Shown here in pieces: positions 39,801-53,662 of a stretch of 64,000 nucleotides of DNA. Position numbers and translations under genes: made by a program. The stretch comes from Octopus vulgaris (lineage: Eukaryota): NCBI GenBank assembly GCA_951406725.2, contig OX597815.1, positions 161,572,001 through 161,636,000 on the forward strand, in the 5' to 3' direction. The notes beneath the pieces were generated by a model. That model saw nothing but the letters and a program-made list of their open reading frames with translations, was not told the origin of the DNA and did not search any database. Within the stretch, counting starts at the first letter, position 1, and each line of letters starts with the position of its first letter.

Positions 39801-40899
39801 CTGATCCAGTTGAGCTATGGCCATTCATCATCATTTTTATACACAGTTTCTCTGGGACTACATAATCCAGTATGTCTCCTATACAGACAGCAGGATGTAA
39901 TTTGTGGGAGATTTGGCTATCATTTCTAACAACAGCATAAACACTTCTTCATTAGCTCAAGTATAACCATTTAATTTTTTTCTCTGTAAGTAATGAATAA
40001 AATAGCAGGATTAACGGATAATTATATCAATTTATAGTCAGAACAGAAATTTATAATCATTAATGAATTTATCCATTTAGAACTTAGATTGGATTAAGTA
40101 GTTTAAATTAATATGGTACGTTATCATACTCTCAATAAAATTTACCATAAAAGAAGATTCTGTACCTTAAGTACTGGTAAATTCTGGCATTTCAAGTGAG
40201 TCTTGTCTTCAATGAAGTAAAAGAATTCGTGTTCAAAAGTGATTGTAAAGCTATGAAATTTTAAAGTGAATATTTCAGAGATGTTATCAGCATGAAAATC
40301 AATAGCTAAATTAGTATTAACCTAGCATTGCTAAATTATTATACAGTAACAAGATAACGATATTAGTCAATGACTAATATTATTTTAATCAATATTAAGC
40401 AAGTGTTGGAGACATTTTCAGACATGCTTCAGCTTTATTATAACCTCATCAGCAGAGTATGGATTTCACTGTATTTGTCAAAGTACTGATGAGGGAATCG
40501 TTTAGTATGATATTGACAAATGAAAATATGATTGTTTTGAGTTGAAAGAAACTGGAAAAATTAGTTCAAGGGTTAGTAATTCATGCCCTACCATCAGCAA
40601 GCTCTCTGATGAGGCCATGTTCAAGATAAATAATTTTCAATGCGATAGTCCACCAAATTGCATGTAGATATAATTTTCTGGTGTAAACAACAACACCACT
40701 GCAAATCGATTTGTGATGTTGTTGTTGTTGGTGGTGGTGGTAGTTGTGGTTTTATTCTTGTTTAATCCCTAAGTCATCACTGAATGAGTAAACCATTCAT
40801 TTGTACATTACTGTATATGCTTTATAGGCACTTTTGACAAGTTGTGGTGCAACTGAGCACTGTATACAATAATTTCATTATTATTATTATTATTATTAT

Positions 40900-40949
<50 letters not shown>

Positions 40950-41529
40950 TAATAACCATCTCGTTTAAGAAGTAATGTACTTTCGGCCACATTACCGAAT
41001 GTTATTTTCCAAAAAGGTAGTATGTGGTTTGAGCAAGATTCATTTGTTATTTCTAGCAGATCAAACAACCATACTAAGCTCTCTCATAGTATGGTTGACT
41101 TTAGCTTCAGTTCCTCTTCCAGGAAAAGTTACTTGTCACAGACTGGTATCCCAACCAAGAGGAGAATAGTTCATCATCTCCAGAACATTATAAAATCTCT
41201 GAATTAAGTATTAGAACACTGCACCACGAAAGCCAGTGAAAGAAAACATTAATTATCAAGCTTATCACAACAATTCTATTCCAAATATTGATCAGTGACC
41301 AACGTGAAAAATCTGTCTGAGGCTCTGCAATGTGTATCACCATCTGTTATGTAGGTTATAGTCAATGTCATATAAGCGATAAAATAATGCAACTAATCTC
41401 AACCATCGATGTAACACTCAAGGACTCTAGTTTAATTCTCATGTGCCACATTGATGATCTGTCATTGATTTTGACCAAGAATTAATGGTAAATCATTGAT
41501 TTTTCTTGGCCTCTTGTTTTGGTTGTTGT

Positions 41530-41566
<37 letters not shown>

Positions 41567-41785
41567 CTCTTTCCTTCATCATCGTCCTTGTTGTTGTGTT
41601 GTTGTTTTGTTGTGGTGGCTGTGGTTGTAGTTTATTATTAGTCATTCCTGTTTTTTTTTTTTTTTGTTAATGTATTAAACATGTCACGAAGACATTTAGT
41701 GAGTGTTTTCGATATTTCAGAATCTCTTGGGAAAGAAACATTGGAGTGATTTCTTGTTGCCTTATGAGAGTACATCATAGATGCA

Positions 41786-42250
41786 AGCAGGCATGGCTGT
41801 GTGGTAAGAAGCTTGCTCCCCCCAACCACCTGATTCTGGGTTCAGTACTGCTGCATGGTACCTTGGGCAAATATCTTCTACTATAGCCTTGGGCCAACCA
41901 AAGCCTTGTGAGTGGATTTGGTAGACAGAAGCTGAAAATAGCCTATCATGTGTGTGTGTGCATGCGTGTGTCTGGGGTGCATATGTGGGTGTGTGTGCAT
42001 GTGCAAGTATTTGTGTGCGTGTGCATGTGTGTGCCTTTGTATCTGTGTTTGTCCCCTCACCACCACTTGGCAACTAGTGCTGGTATGTTTACCTCCGTGT
42101 AACTTAGTGGTTCAGCAAAAGAGACCAATAGTATAAGTACCAGGCTTTAAAAAAAAATAAGTCTTGGAGTTGGGTTGGTTTGTTCAACTAAAACCACTCA
42201 AGGCAGTGCCCCAGCATGGCCACAGTTAAATGACTAAAACAAATATAAAG
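41786..42250 (+). mobile_element. SINE family A
   Basis: gcaggcatggctgtgtggtaagaagcttgc..cagcatggccacagttaaatgact. Confidence 0.85.
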
Positions 42251-42654
42251 AAAACAAGACAAGAAAAATATATCTACTCAGTAATAGAAGAATACAAAAC
42301 TCTCATCGATTATACAGTGCTGCCACTGTCTGCAGCATCTCTACTCAGACAACTAATACTGCTTATTTCTAACCAAAGCCTTTAATCAGTAGTTCAATAT
42401 TATATTGAACTATTGTCTTCAATAAATCATTGATAAATTACCCACTTATGTACCAATTAATGAAAATATACATCCAATATTTATTCAATATATTTTTGAT
42501 ATACTAATTACAAAAGAAACAAAAATTTCTTTTTATTTAAGGTTATGGCAATTTTTATTCAGATACTATACAGAAATGGCTCTGTGTGTGTGTGTATGTA
42601 TGTGTGTGTGTGTGTGTGCTTGTGTGTGTGTCTTTGTGACTATGTTTGTGTATG

Positions 42655-42968
42655 CACGTGTGTTGGGCTTATGACAGTGAGGTTGTGAGTTTGATTCCTA
42701 GACTAAGATGTGTGTTGTGTTCTTGAGCAAGACACTTTATTTCATATTGCTCCAGTTCGCTCAGCTGTAGAAATGAGTCACACCATCATTGGTGCCAAGC
42801 TATATCAGCCTTTGCCTTTTCCCTGCACAACATTGGTGGCATGGAGAGGGGAAGCTGGTATGCATGGGCAACTGCTGGTGTTCCCCAAACAATCTTGCTC
42901 AAACTTATGCCTTGGAAGAGAAATTTCTAGCTGCAATCCCATGGTTATTTGTGTCTGAAGAGGGATCT
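42655..42968 (+). mobile_element. tRNA-derived SINE family E
   Basis: gagtttgattcctagac..gttcttgagcaagacactttatttc..gcaatcccatgg; second copy at 48610-48940. Confidence 0.75.
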
Positions 42969-42984
42969 TATGTATGTGTGTATA

Positions 42985-43044
<60 letters not shown>

Positions 43045-43049
43045 TGCCA

Positions 43050-43237
43050 ATATAGATCGCTAGCCACTACACATTCTTTATTTTCTCTCCTTGTTTCTTT
43101 CTGTGTTCCTTTCTGTGGAAGAGCATAGACTCAAAACATTATAGACTATTTCACTTCCCGAGCATTATACTCATACATCGATTTGTTGTCTACACCACCT
43201 GTCTTCGTCTTTTGGGTTTTTTTTGTGAATTCTCCCT
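43050..43237 (+). mobile_element. Short repeat (about 190 bp) carrying a variant HHR-like motif
   Basis: Homologous to 43810-44000 (+) and 53400-53572 (-). Confidence 0.75.
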
Positions 43238-43809
43238 ATATATATGTGTGTATATATATATATATATGCATGTCACCTTTTCCAATCCCCCACCTCTCAA
43301 AGATTCCTTGTCTTGCAAAGTTACTTGGTGACCCTGCCAGTACTGGTGCCACATAAAAAGCACTCATTCCACTCTATTGAGTGGTTGGTGTTAGGAAGGG
43401 CATCCAATCATAAAATCTAAGCCAAAAGAGACACAGAAGTCTGATGCAGACCTCTGCCTGGCCAGCTCCTGTCAAACCATTCAACCCATGACAGTATGAA
43501 AGGAGGATGTTAACCTATGATGATGATGATGATATATATATATAAAGATGATAATGAACTGGGATTTGTTTAAATTTTTTATTCTTAAGAGTTTTTAAGA
43601 CTTAACCAATTTCACAGATTTCTCTGATATTCAACGGTTGAAAGAGAATGACGTGGAGCTATGGTGCATGCAACTTTTGAAAATCAGAGACTTCTTTTTT
43701 CTATATTTCTACCTGTGTGGAATAAAATAACTTAATTTTAAACATATATACATACATACATACATATGTACATACGTACATACATACATACATATATATA
43801 TATATATCA

Positions 43810-44000
43810 CCATGATTGACTGCTAGCTACTAAAGCTTTCTATTTTTATTCTCTCTCTGTTTCTTTTCTTGTGTTCCTTTCTGTTGAAGAGTGTAGGCTT
43901 GAAATGTAAAAGACTTTCTCACCTTCCAGAGCATTATACTAATACACCTATTTGTTGTTTACATACCTGTCTTCATCATTTATTTTTTGTAAATTCCAAC
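43810..44000 (+). mobile_element. Second copy of the variant-HHR repeat
   Basis: cttt-ctgttgaa-gagt gtag gctt-gaaa-tgta-aaag at 43877-43912. Confidence 0.7.
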
Positions 44001-44835
44001 TATATATATACACACAATGGGCTTCTTTTATTTTCCATTTATCAAATCTGCTCACAAGGCTTTAATTGGCCCATGGTTATACTAGAAAACACTTGCTCAA
44101 GATGCCATACATTGGGACTGACCCTGGAACTATATCATTAAGAAGCAAATTTCTTACCCCAGAGCAATGCTTATTTTGTGTTATATTGTTCTTTTTGTTT
44201 TATTTTTCAAACAAAATGTATTTAATACTATGTTATCCAATGTGTTCTTCAGGAAAATGAAGTATGAGAAGGTTTAGCTGTTTCCTTGCTTTTTCTATTT
44301 GGCAGGTCAACAATCACATAAAGATTTCCACCTTTTCAAGCAAGCCAAATCAAAGCAAAATTCTTTCATTGTCTTCTGTTTGCTGTTGTTGTTGCTCACC
44401 CTTAAGTCCACCCTGATTAAGTAGACAGGTGATCAGTGGTGTACAGCCATGACCATTAGTACTTTGTTTATGAATAGACATTGCCCACCTTTATTTTTTA
44501 TTATGTAACAGGTTATGTTATTGTTAAGTTGTCCAAACTCTGTGAGACAGTGTAATATTCAATGTGGAAAAGATGAAATATTGCTTACAGTTTTTATTTA
44601 TATACACAGTTAGTATACAAGCTATATTAGTAGTCAGGAGTTCTGTGGTACAAGCAGAAGGACAAGAATAAAACTTGCATGCTCTTAGATGTGCGTCTGT
44701 AAGAAAATCCGTTTGCTAGAAAGTGAAAGTATGTGGAAGCAAAAAAATACTGACTACTGATGTTCTTCGAGAGTTCTTACTTATACCTATGGGAAAAGCT
44801 GGTTGTATGTTTGAGAACAAAGGAATGAGTATGTC

Positions 44836-45110
44836 TTCATCATCATCATCATCGTTTAACATCCGCTTTCCATGCTAGCATGGGTTAGACGATTTGACTG
44901 AGGTCTGGCGAACCAGATTCCGATCTGATCTGGCAGAGTTTCTATAGCTTGATGCCCTTCCTAACGCCAAACACTCCGAGAGTGTAGTGGGTGCTTTTAC
45001 GTGCCACCGGCACGAGGGCCAGTTGAGTGGTACTGGCAACAGCCATGCTCAAATGGTACTTTTTATGTGCCACCTGCACAGGAGCCAGTCCAGCGGTACT
45101 GGCAACGACC
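44836..45110 (-). mobile_element. RTE 3'UTR tail fragment
   Basis: (cat)n-cgtttaacatccgctttccatgctagcatgggtt..gatgcccttcctaacgcc. Confidence 0.85.
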
Positions 45111-45620
45111 TCAGACCTTGCTTGAATGTTTTTTTCATATGTGATAACTTCCAGATGTCTGAAGAAAACAACCCAAGATAAGTTTGACAGGTGACTTCAT
45201 AAATTTCCTAGTACTAACACCAAAAACAAAAGAAAGGATCTTACAGAAAAATCTAGGCTACGTTCTCAATTCATGGCTATGACTCCCAGAAACAAATTCT
45301 TTACAATTGAGAAGACATGTCAAGCTAAGTAAAATTGAGGTTGTCCTTGCATACAAGCATGTCCCCTGCAACCCTCTCCAGCTGAGTGTTTCTAATCTTG
45401 GGGGCTCATCGGTACTAGTACCACGTAAATGTACCCATGGGGGTGTCATGTCAAAGCACCCAGTATACTCAGTAAAGTAGTTGACATTAGGAAGGGCATC
45501 CAGCTGAAGAAACCATTGCCAAAATAAACATGGAGCCTGGGCAACTCTTCAGTTGGCCAGCTCCTGTCAAACAGTCCAACCCATGCTTGAATGGAAAATG
45601 GACATTAAAAGGTAATGATT

Positions 45621-45658
<38 letters not shown>

Positions 45659-46299
45659 AGAAATAAAGCAAGAGAAGATAGAAAGATATAATTTGGAGGA
45701 GAGTTAGCTGATATTTCTTGCTGGTTCTGTAACCATGTGAAGACAGTCTAAAGGATTCCATCAACTACTTTGTCTTTAAAAAAAAGAATGACACAGGATT
45801 TTAAAAAATAATTATTCAAGAAACTATGGGACCTGGTGTGGCTCCTGACCTTACCAGTCCCTGTCAAACTGTCAAGCCATGCCAACATGGGTTGTTGCTG
45901 TTGATGATGATGATGATAATGATGGTGGTGGTGGAGGAAGAGGTCAAGCTATATTCATTGGACATTATATGAGTAGACAGAACCTTAAGCACTTGGTAGC
46001 TGCAGGGGAGAAGGTAAGTTGATTACATGAATCCCAGTGCTCAAGTGGTACTTATTCTATTGACCGAGAAAGGATTAAAGGCAAAGTCAACCTCAGCAGA
46101 ATTTCAAAAATACTCTAAGTATTGGTTTCAAATTTTGGCACAAGGCCAGCAGTTCTGGGGATGGAGCTAAGTCGGTTGCATTGGCCCCAGTGCTCAACTG
46201 GTACTCATTTTATTGACTCCAAAAGGATGAAAGGCAAAGTCACATCTGATAGCATTTTAACTCAGAACATGAAGTTGGAAGAAATGCCCTCTTTACTCT

Positions 46300-47005
46300 C
46301 TCTTTTCACTCTTTTACTTGTATCAGTAATTTGACTGTGGCCATGCTGGAGCACCACCTTTAGTTGAGCAAATTGATCCCAGGACTTATTCTTTGTTAGC
46401 CTAGTACTTATTCTACTGGTCCCATTTGCCGAACTGCTAAGTTACGGGGACATAAACACACCAACATCAGTTGTCAAGCGATGTTGGGGGGACAAACACA
46501 GATACACAAGCATACACACATACATACATATATATTTCTCTTTTCTCTTTTACTTGTTTCAGTCATTTGACTGCGGCCATGCTGGAGCACCGCCTTTAGT
46601 CGAGCAAATCGACCCCGGGACTTATTCTTTTGTAAGCCCAGTATTTATTCTATCGGTCTCTTTTGCCGAACCGCTAAGTGACGGGGACATAAACACACCA
46701 GCATCGGTTGTCAAGCAATGCTAGGGGGACAAACACAGACACACAAACATATACACATACATACATATATATATATATATACATATATACGACAGGCTTC
46801 TTTCAGTTTCCATCTACCAAATCCACTCACGAGGCTTTGGTGGGCCCGAGGCTATAGCAGAAGACACTTGCCCAAGGTGCCACGCAGTGGGACTGAACCC
46901 GGAACCATGTGGTTGGTTAGCAACATATATATGACAGTATGACAGGCTTCTGCCCAAGGTGCCACACAGCGGGACTGAACCCAGAACCATGTGGTTGGTA
47001 AGCAA
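46300..47005 (-). mobile_element. Tandem partial family A SINEs
   Basis: Tail 46306-46535, fuller copy 46540-46925, repeated head piece 46940-47005. Confidence 0.85.
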
Positions 47006-48128
47006 CGCTGAGCATTTTTTTTCTAGAATAGTAATAATTTTGCATACTCATTGCCCTAAATACTTCAAATATTGCAAGGTATTTTGATCAATCCACCTCC
47101 TTTATAATCAGGGAAAAGATGGATTTCTTCTATAAACACATATTGATGGTTTCATTTCCCTCAGTCACGCCACTGCCACCACCAACACCACCACAACCAC
47201 CATTATATAAACCTCTACAATGTGACTAGTTATCTACTGTTGTTTATTTTCTCTTTTTTTTTACTAAGCTCCAAGCGAGCAGACCTATGATAGAAAGCAT
47301 TCCCTCTATGACCTTCTGGGATTTTTTTCCTATATTCAGTAGAACTCTGGATCACATTATCCAATACACCCTTTTTTTCTTCTCTAAGCTAGTAGAGCGT
47401 AATTTGAAGGGAGATGTGACTGCTATTTCTAGCAGGTCAAAAAACTATATGAAGGCTCTTTTGTTGTCTTATGCAATTAACTATGTCAATCACAGGTGAG
47501 AAAGATTGGTTACATAATTAACCAGCACCATCCCCACCATTTCCACCACTAGGAGAGCATTCACCGCAAACATACACCACCACCACTACTACCACCACCA
47601 CCGCCGCCGCCACCACCACCACCACCACCACCACCACCATCACCATCACCAACATCATTATTACTCCTGCTGCTTCTATCTCCAACTTATTAGTGACTCC
47701 AGTGAATGACTGATGTTGGTCAATAGGCTGTTTTGAGAAGACAACCAGCTGGTCAATAAGTTATCAACTTGACATGTGTGTTCCATATAAGCATATCATT
47801 CATAATGATACCGACAAGAAGAGGAGATGGAATAATTGTGTTATTTCTGTATGTCAATGCACCTGTGTCGGTTTGTGTGTGTGTGTGAGTGTGCGTGCGT
47901 GTGTGTGTGTATGTGTGTGTGTGTGTGAGTGCATGAGTGTGTGTGTATTTGTAAATACACACACATTGTAAACACACACATTTGTATGTACTTGTAAAGA
48001 TACATAACACACACACCTTTACAGAGACACACAGACACACATATAGAAAGATAGACAGATAGATAAATAAATATAAATATAGATAGATAGATAGATATAA
48101 ATATAGACATACATCATCCATATGTTCA

Positions 48129-48281
<153 letters not shown>

Positions 48282-48609
48282 TTACATAAACCCAGCAAAA
48301 AACAAAAGAAAAATTTGTCAAAAGGACACATGTACTCAGAATAAGGTCAATGACTATCAAGCAATAGTGCATAGGGACATAGAAACACTTGACATAGTGA
48401 ATGGACATGTAGTAAAAAAAAAACAATAAATCACTGTTGAATTGACGTCCTTCTAATCTTTGTTGGAACAAGAACTTCCGTTTAAGAGAGTGGCAGGTAA
48501 GGACTCTAAGCTTTGGGGGTGGTGGGTAATATCTGCAGATATACTTCATTACTATCCTCAAACTACCATCATGACAGCTAATACTTTCTGAGTGAGTTTG
48601 GAAAGGCTA

Positions 48610-48940
48610 TATGTGCTTTGTGGTTAGAGTGGCTCACAATCATGAGAAAGTGAGTTCAATTCCTAGACTAGGCAGTGTTGTGTTTTTGAGCAAGACACTT
48701 TTATTTCATACTGATCCAGTTTACTTTTTCTTGAAATGAGTTGTGATATCACTGGTGTCAAGTTCTATCGGTCTTTGCCTTTCCCTTGGATAACATCAGT
48801 GGTAAGGAGAGGGTAGGCTGGCGTGCATGGGTGACTGCTGGTCTTCCATAAACAACCTCCTTGCCTGGACTTGTGCCTTGGAGGGTAACATTCTGGGTGC
48901 AATCCCAGGGTCATTTATGACCGAAGGGGGTCTTTACCCT
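48610..48940 (+). mobile_element. tRNA-derived SINE family E
   Basis: Homologous to 42655-42968. Confidence 0.75.
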
Positions 48941-48963
48941 TTAGCCTATATAAATATATATAT

Positions 48964-49004
48964 ACTAGCATTATGACCCGTCGTTGCCGGGTCATAGTGC
49001 TAGT
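48964..49004. other. 17-bp-arm hairpin, Helitron 3'-terminus-like
   Basis: actagcattatgacccg-tcgttgc-cgggtcatagtgctagt, one mismatch. Confidence 0.65.
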
Positions 49005-49084
49005 GCATGTATATATGTGTATATATATGTGTACATATTACATGTACTTCTATATATATACATCTACACATAAAATACAAAATA

Positions 49085-49658
49085 CAAAGTTATATCTTGA
49101 TATTACTAGTGATAACAATACTCAAAATATATAACAGACTGGAATTGTAGGCTCGTCTCTTGCAATTTCGATCAATTGGATCTTGTCCTCCCTCTTGTAT
49201 AGAAGTGTGGCTACAATCCAGCCTACCTCTACTTCAGGGGGGATATTTTTGATTTTTATCCGGGACGTCTTATGTCCCAGATATAAAGGTAAAAATAAAA
49301 TATTTCCACTTTGCAAGGTTCGAGTCGAGTACTCCCTTGCACGCTCCGTTGACTCGAACCTTGCTTCTATTGTGGCGAATTTACCCTCTGGTTAGATATC
49401 TTTCATAGTCGCACCAAGGCACTTTTTGATGGTGCTTTCCTCCAGGTGTTCAAATCTTTTTTTTTCTCTATATTGTATACTTTGTAGACAATAGTCTTTT
49501 CTTTCATTTAATTTTTTATTTCATTTGGTGGTGTTATCCTAGATTCACCGTCTTTGTCGGTGATCAATCCGTATTTCTTCCATTTTAATTTCAATGAGTT
49601 CACGCCTGCTGACGGCTGCAGCGAAATTCATTTTTGGACTTTCTTCTATCGAAGGCAT
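49085..49658 (-). pseudogene. L1/Tx1-like ORF1 N-terminal fragment
   Basis: ATG at 49658: MPSIEESPKMNFAAAVS..KFATIEARFES..LFLPLYLGHKTSRIKIKNIPPEV, with frameshifts; family assignment by motif resemblance only. Confidence 0.55.
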
Positions 49659-49739
49659 TCTAACAAAAATGCTTCCGTGTAAATGGTGAAAATATTGTCA
49701 ATTTCCCCAAACAGGGACACAATTCAATTTTTAAACAAT

Positions 49740-50545
49740 AACCAAAACTCCTTCTCCGTGGTCCTTTTTCAGCAATGGTATGTTATGGTATATAATATTG
49801 ACTTCATTGTTTTGGGGTTTCTATGTGGAGATGTAAGGTAGCACCTTCAATTCCAATTTATTTCTTTTGTTTGTCTTAGTTTCTGTATAATGAATTTCTT
49901 GACATGTTCTATTTTACTAATGATTTTGGGTAATTCCTATAAAGGAGTATATCCTTCAGTTCTTAGAGACTTGTGCTGGAGATGTTTTTATTGAATATTA
50001 TGCACAGATCATTTGGCTAGGTTATAAAGTACATTTATCCTGGATGCCATGGCCTGAATGGAAAATATTGTTTTGAGTCTGAAGTTTTACAGTAAAACTC
50101 CATTTCTATTTGGCTGTTTGCTTTCTTTATAAGAATGTTTAAAGATGGGAGTTAGTAATAGCTATTATTTTTATTAATGCTATTGAGAAGAATTTCAAAT
50201 TCTTTTAGTTTCTTTATACTTTCATTCTATAGAATGAAGCAATTGTTAAGGTACCGATTCCAATTTTCTTATATATATATGGAGAAATAGTTTCCATATT
50301 TTCCTAATGCCTTTTGGTATAACATAACCTCCAGCTCCTAATTAGATTTGCAAAGGAGGGGGCTGCTTTTGCTCCCGTTGCAATACCAGATTTTTGTCAA
50401 AAAAAGTTATTGAACATAAAAAATAATTATTTTCTAGAATACATTTTGATCCTTCTATAATAAATTCCATTTTTTTATGTGATGGGGGAGTTCACCTGTA
50501 TACTTATTCAACCAGAATTAAATGGCCTCAATTCCTAAGTCATAT
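49740..50545 (-). pseudogene. Penelope-like reverse transcriptase remnant
   Basis: LGIEAI*FWL..ILENNYF..QKSGIATGAKAAP.FANL..WNRYLNNCFIL (degenerate YLDD)..KTSDSKQY..HP..LPYIST. Confidence 0.78.
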
Positions 50546-50939
50546 AATATGTATGTGCACACACACACATACATGTATGTGTGTGGATACATACATATGT
50601 ATATACAAAAATACATAAGTACATAAATGCACGCATGTAGGATCTTTGTTTCTTTCCTTGCTTCCTAAATTCACTATTTTGTTCTTATCTTTAGGCAAAT
50701 TCTTCAGTTCCATTTCACAAACAATTTCATCCTCTTAATTGTCCAACTGAACTCCATGTTACAATTTTTCCTGGTAACCTCACTCAGGTAACTGTTACAT
50801 GCTTAGAAAACTAATTTCATTTCAGAAATAACTCCTTTGTCTTTTCATGCTTAGATTGTTTGGATGTTATCAGAAAACGAAATTATTGAAAATTACAACA
50901 TATAATTGTGTTAAAATAGACATAAAAGTACATATGTAA

Positions 50940-51000
<61 letters not shown>

Positions 51001-51050
51001 TATATACACACAGATATATATACATATATATACATATATATATATACATG

Positions 51051-51111
<61 letters not shown>

Positions 51112-51191
51112 TGTATGTACACACACACTTTCTCTCACACACATACACACACAATGTCTTTTATTTGCATGTATGTGTGTGTGTGTGTGTG

Positions 51192-51234
<43 letters not shown>

Positions 51235-51235
<1 letters not shown>

Positions 51236-51580
51236 TGCAGGAGTCGCTGTGTAGTAAGATGCTTGCTTCCCAACCACATGGCTCTGAGTTCAGTCCTATT
51301 GTGTGGCACCTTGGGCAAGTGTCTTTTACTATAGCCTCAAGCTGACCAAAGCCTTGTGGATTTGGTAGATGGAATGTGTGTGTATATATATGTATGTGTG
51401 TATATATTTATGCACGCACATGTATGTATTTGTGTGTCAGTGTTTGTCTCCCCACCATCGCTTGACGACCAATGCTGGTGTGTTTACATCCCTGTAACTT
51501 AGTGGTTTGGTAAAAGAGAGTGATGGAATAAGTACTAGGCTTACAAAGAATAAGTCCTGGGGTCAATTTGTTTGACTAAA
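51235..51580 (+). mobile_element. SINE family A
   Basis: Head and body match 27180-27618. Confidence 0.85.
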
Positions 51581-51874
51581 TTTGAAAAACCAAAAGATGC
51601 ACTTTCATCATTGCTATCATCCACTCATCCACGAAAAGATAACTTAAACTGTGCTCTAAATGGAGGTGTAGTCAAATCCTATTTTATGGACTCAACCATG
51701 TTCTAAAATAAGTCGAAATATAAGCTACTATAAATCAGCACAAACTTTCCAGACAACCCAATATATATATATATTCTCTTTCCATTTCAGAATTACAACT
51801 ATTAGTGGTTTGGAGTTTGACTGCTCTTTCTAGTGAGTCGATTGTCCTATTATGGCCATTCCTTATATATTTGA

Positions 51875-51904
<30 letters not shown>

Positions 51905-51908
<4 letters not shown>

Positions 51909-52184
51909 TCGTGGCCGATGCCAGCTCCGCCTCGACTGGCTTCTGTGCCGGTGGCACATAAAATACACCAATCCGACCGTGGCCATTGCCAGCCTCGCCT
52001 GGCACCTGTGCAGGTGGCATGTAAAAAGCACCCACTACACTCATGGAGTGGTTGGCGTTAGGAAGGGCATCCAGCTGTAGAAACATTGCCAGATAAGACT
52101 GGAGCCTGGTGCAGCCTTCTGGCTTCCCAGATCCCCGGTCGAACCGTCCAACCCATGCTAGCATGGAGAACGGACGTTAAACGA

Positions 52185-52220
<36 letters not shown>

Positions 52221-52261
52221 GTGTGTGTATAGGTATATGTATATATATACACATGTATATA

Positions 52262-52304
<43 letters not shown>

Positions 52305-52468
52305 ATATATCTATATATGTGTGTGTGTGTGTGTATATATATATACATATATATATAAACACTGCCAGATCTGACTGGGCCTGATGAAGCCTTCCAGCTT
52401 CACAGACCCCAATTGAACCGTCCAATCCATGCTAGCATGGAAAACGGACGCTAAATGATGATGATGAT
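51905..52468 (+). mobile_element. Two RTE 3'UTR tail fragments separated by (TA)n
   Basis: 51905-52186 and 52358-52468 match the 4806-6203 3'UTR. Confidence 0.85.
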
Positions 52469-52487
52469 ATATATATATATACATATA

Positions 52488-53377
52488 CGAGGTCTGATCA
52501 ATAAGTATCCACGCTGTTGCCATAGTAGTAAAGCTAAAGCACATAGAGTGAAGCTGCTTGGTACAGATTGACCTTGAACTTTGCTGTGCATGTGCACTAA
52601 ATTTCAACATTCTAGCTTAGTTCTGCTGTTTACAGCAGTGTTTAGAAGGAAGGTGTGTTGTGTGTGATCATGACAGAGACCATGACCACAGACAGAGGAA
52701 GTTGTCATGGCGATACCTGCTCAGAGGCCTATGCAAAGTTACAGAGTGTATAGATAGGAGTGCATGAGCTGGACACAAGTGTACAAGTGGTTCAGACATT
52801 TCCAAGATGGTCAAAAAAAGTGTTGATATTAATGAACGTTCTTGGAGACCCGCAACCAGCAGAACTGAGAAAAACATTGCAGATGTGCGTGCATCTGTGA
52901 GGGGAAATCGTTGAATCACCATCCATGAGTTATCAGAGGATGTACAGATTAGTAATTATTCAGTTCAGTCCATTATCACTGAAGATTTGGGTATGAGACA
53001 CATGTCTGCCAAAACTGCTTTCAGCCAAACAAAAGGATACTCGGGTTTCAGTTGCACAAGATCTCCTTAATTGTGTCAAGAATGATGGAAACATTTTGAA
53101 AACTTTGCGTGGGCTTCTGAACAGTCATTGCCAAGCTTTTGGCAAAATTTGATGCAGATTCTCTGCTCAGATTCCTCTGTCATGGTCAATGCAACAATCA
53201 CATGCTACACACGTTCCTTCAAAGCACTGTTGTAAACAGTGAAAGTGAGCTAGAATGTTATAACTTAGTGTGCATGCACAGCAAAGTTTAAGGTCAATCT
53301 GTGCCAAACAACTTCAGTCTGCATACCTTAGCTTTGTTACTATGGTGACAGCCCGGATACTTATTGATCACACCATA
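52488..53377 (+). mobile_element. Mariner derivative with two inverted 5' ends
   Basis: TA-cgaggtctgatcaataagtatcc / ggatacttattgatca; about 180-bp inverted arms; HTH remnant KWFRHFQDG..NERSWRPATS in the middle. Confidence 0.8.
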
Positions 53378-53399
53378 CACAAACATTCACATATATAAT

Positions 53400-53567
53400 A
53401 GGGAGAAAAAAACAAAAAACCAAGACAGGTGGTGTAGACAACAAACAGATGTATTAGTATAACGCTCGGGAAGCGAAAAAGTCTTTAATGTTTCGAGCCT
53501 ATGCTCTTCCACAGAAAGGAACACAGAAAGAAACAAGGAGAAAATAAAGAATGTGTAGTGGCTAGCG

Positions 53568-53572
<5 letters not shown>
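53400..53572 (-). mobile_element. Third, best-preserved copy of the variant-HHR repeat
   Basis: Minus strand 53518-53483: cuuu-CUGUGGAA-gagc auag gcuc-GAAA-cauu-aaag. Confidence 0.75.
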
Positions 53573-53615
<43 letters not shown>

Positions 53616-53619
53616 GTGC

Positions 53620-53662
<43 letters not shown>

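Noticed and set aside
52380-52400. CTGATGA as a hammerhead core
   Set aside because: A point variant within the RTE 3'UTR; other copies differ here and no stems form.
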